DNA from: Williopsis jadinii
Taxonomy: Eukaryota
Assembly (NCBI GenBank): GCA_024346625.1
Contig: AP024664.1
Span: forward strand, 2,170,001-2,234,000
Direction: 5' to 3'
DNA: 64,000 nt
Shown: in pieces, positions 63,153 to 64,000 of the stretch
How the letters are laid out: every line of letters begins with the position of its first letter
Numbering within the stretch: the first letter of the stretch is position 1
Translations under genes and position numbers: made by a program
Notes under the pieces: generated by a model
The model's database searches: none
What the model saw: only the letters and a program-made list of their open reading frames with translations
What the model was told of the DNA's origin: nothing

Positions 63153-63785
63153 GGGATTCCATATGGGAGTTCCATGGGGGTTCCATGGAAATCTTCAATT
63201 TTAGTGATGTGGCGCGCGATCTTGAAAATCTAACTACAAGACTTGGTCTATATGGACTGTCTACAATAGATGTTTCCAGTAGATGCCCACCTTTTTGGTT
63301 GGGTTGCGCCCTGTTGAAAAATTCATTTGTAGGTGTTGATGTATAAAGTGTAAGAAGAACAAACCTCTCTAACAATCGACGAGAGGGTGGACTGAAAACC
63401 AAATCCATCGACGGTTGCCCTAAAATGAAAAATTTTTCACTGTTGCTCACACCGGAAAATTTTTTCCATGTTTGCGTCGCTTTTTGTTGTGCTGCACGGA
63501 CCGGAAAAATTTTTCATCTTTGCGTCCCTTTTTTGTTGTGCTGCACGGACCGAAAAATCTCACTTCCGGAACACTCTGAAACCGAATCTCAATTTCGGGA
63601 CGGCCAACAACAAAATATGTGGCCTGTCCCAAAACGCGTGGCCGAAATCTTGAAAATCCAAAATGTATGAGGCGAACCCAAAACATTGACGCAGGGTATA
63701 TGCAGGCGGTAGACGGCGTTGGTATAGCTCTGAGACTACAGACGATTGAAGAATTCAAAATCCAGAAAACACAAGTCCACACCTG

Positions 63786-63836
63786 ATCAGTCTTCCAAAG
63801 ATGAAAGAGGCTCGGAGGTACTACATGTGGGAGCGT
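63786..63836 (+). promoter_or_regulatory. Pol I core promoter, predicted start 63825 (its 18S lies beyond the window)
   Basis: Same GGAGGTACTACATGTG motif. Confidence 0.8.
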
Positions 63837-64000
63837 TTGGACGATTTGAAAAAGTCGTCTGGAGTGGCCCACAGGCCTTGTTGGACGGTGGTGAAGGTGC
63901 TAGTGTGGTCGCCAGACTGTGCTTGCCTTGTACACCGTGTCGACATGGGCGGGGATGGGTTCGTTGGGCATTCGGTAAGTGAAGGGAGACTCTCCTTCCA

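Overview
This window is a stretch of a budding-yeast (Saccharomycotina) ribosomal DNA tandem array. The ITS1/ITS2 sequence resembles Cyberlindnera jadinii (Candida utilis), but that is recognised from memory and needs a BLAST check. It holds four complete 35S units on the + strand (18S-ITS1-5.8S-ITS2-25S), five 5S genes on the - strand and six Pol I start sites. Start-to-start unit lengths are 7817, 14157, 12432, 12743 and 13267 bp. The first unit has a clean 5465-bp internal deletion that fuses nt 673 of 18S to the IGS1 repeat block. The spacer is long and highly structured. It carries a 175-bp satellite with 12/17/7/9/12 regular monomers per unit, five ~100-bp repeats, a 14-bp minisatellite, 25/27-bp hairpin repeats, and clusters of motifs matching Forkhead, Yap1, Cbf1 and Reb1 sites. 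Adjacent units carry two rRNA haplotypes in A-B-A-B order. No credible protein-coding gene, intron, mobile element or CRISPR array was found; the ORF track reflects repeats and rRNA antisense frames. The best candidate for something undescribed is the copy-number-variable 175-bp spacer satellite with its periodic Forkhead-type motif and the adjacent Yap1-motif cluster, and that functional reading is inference only.
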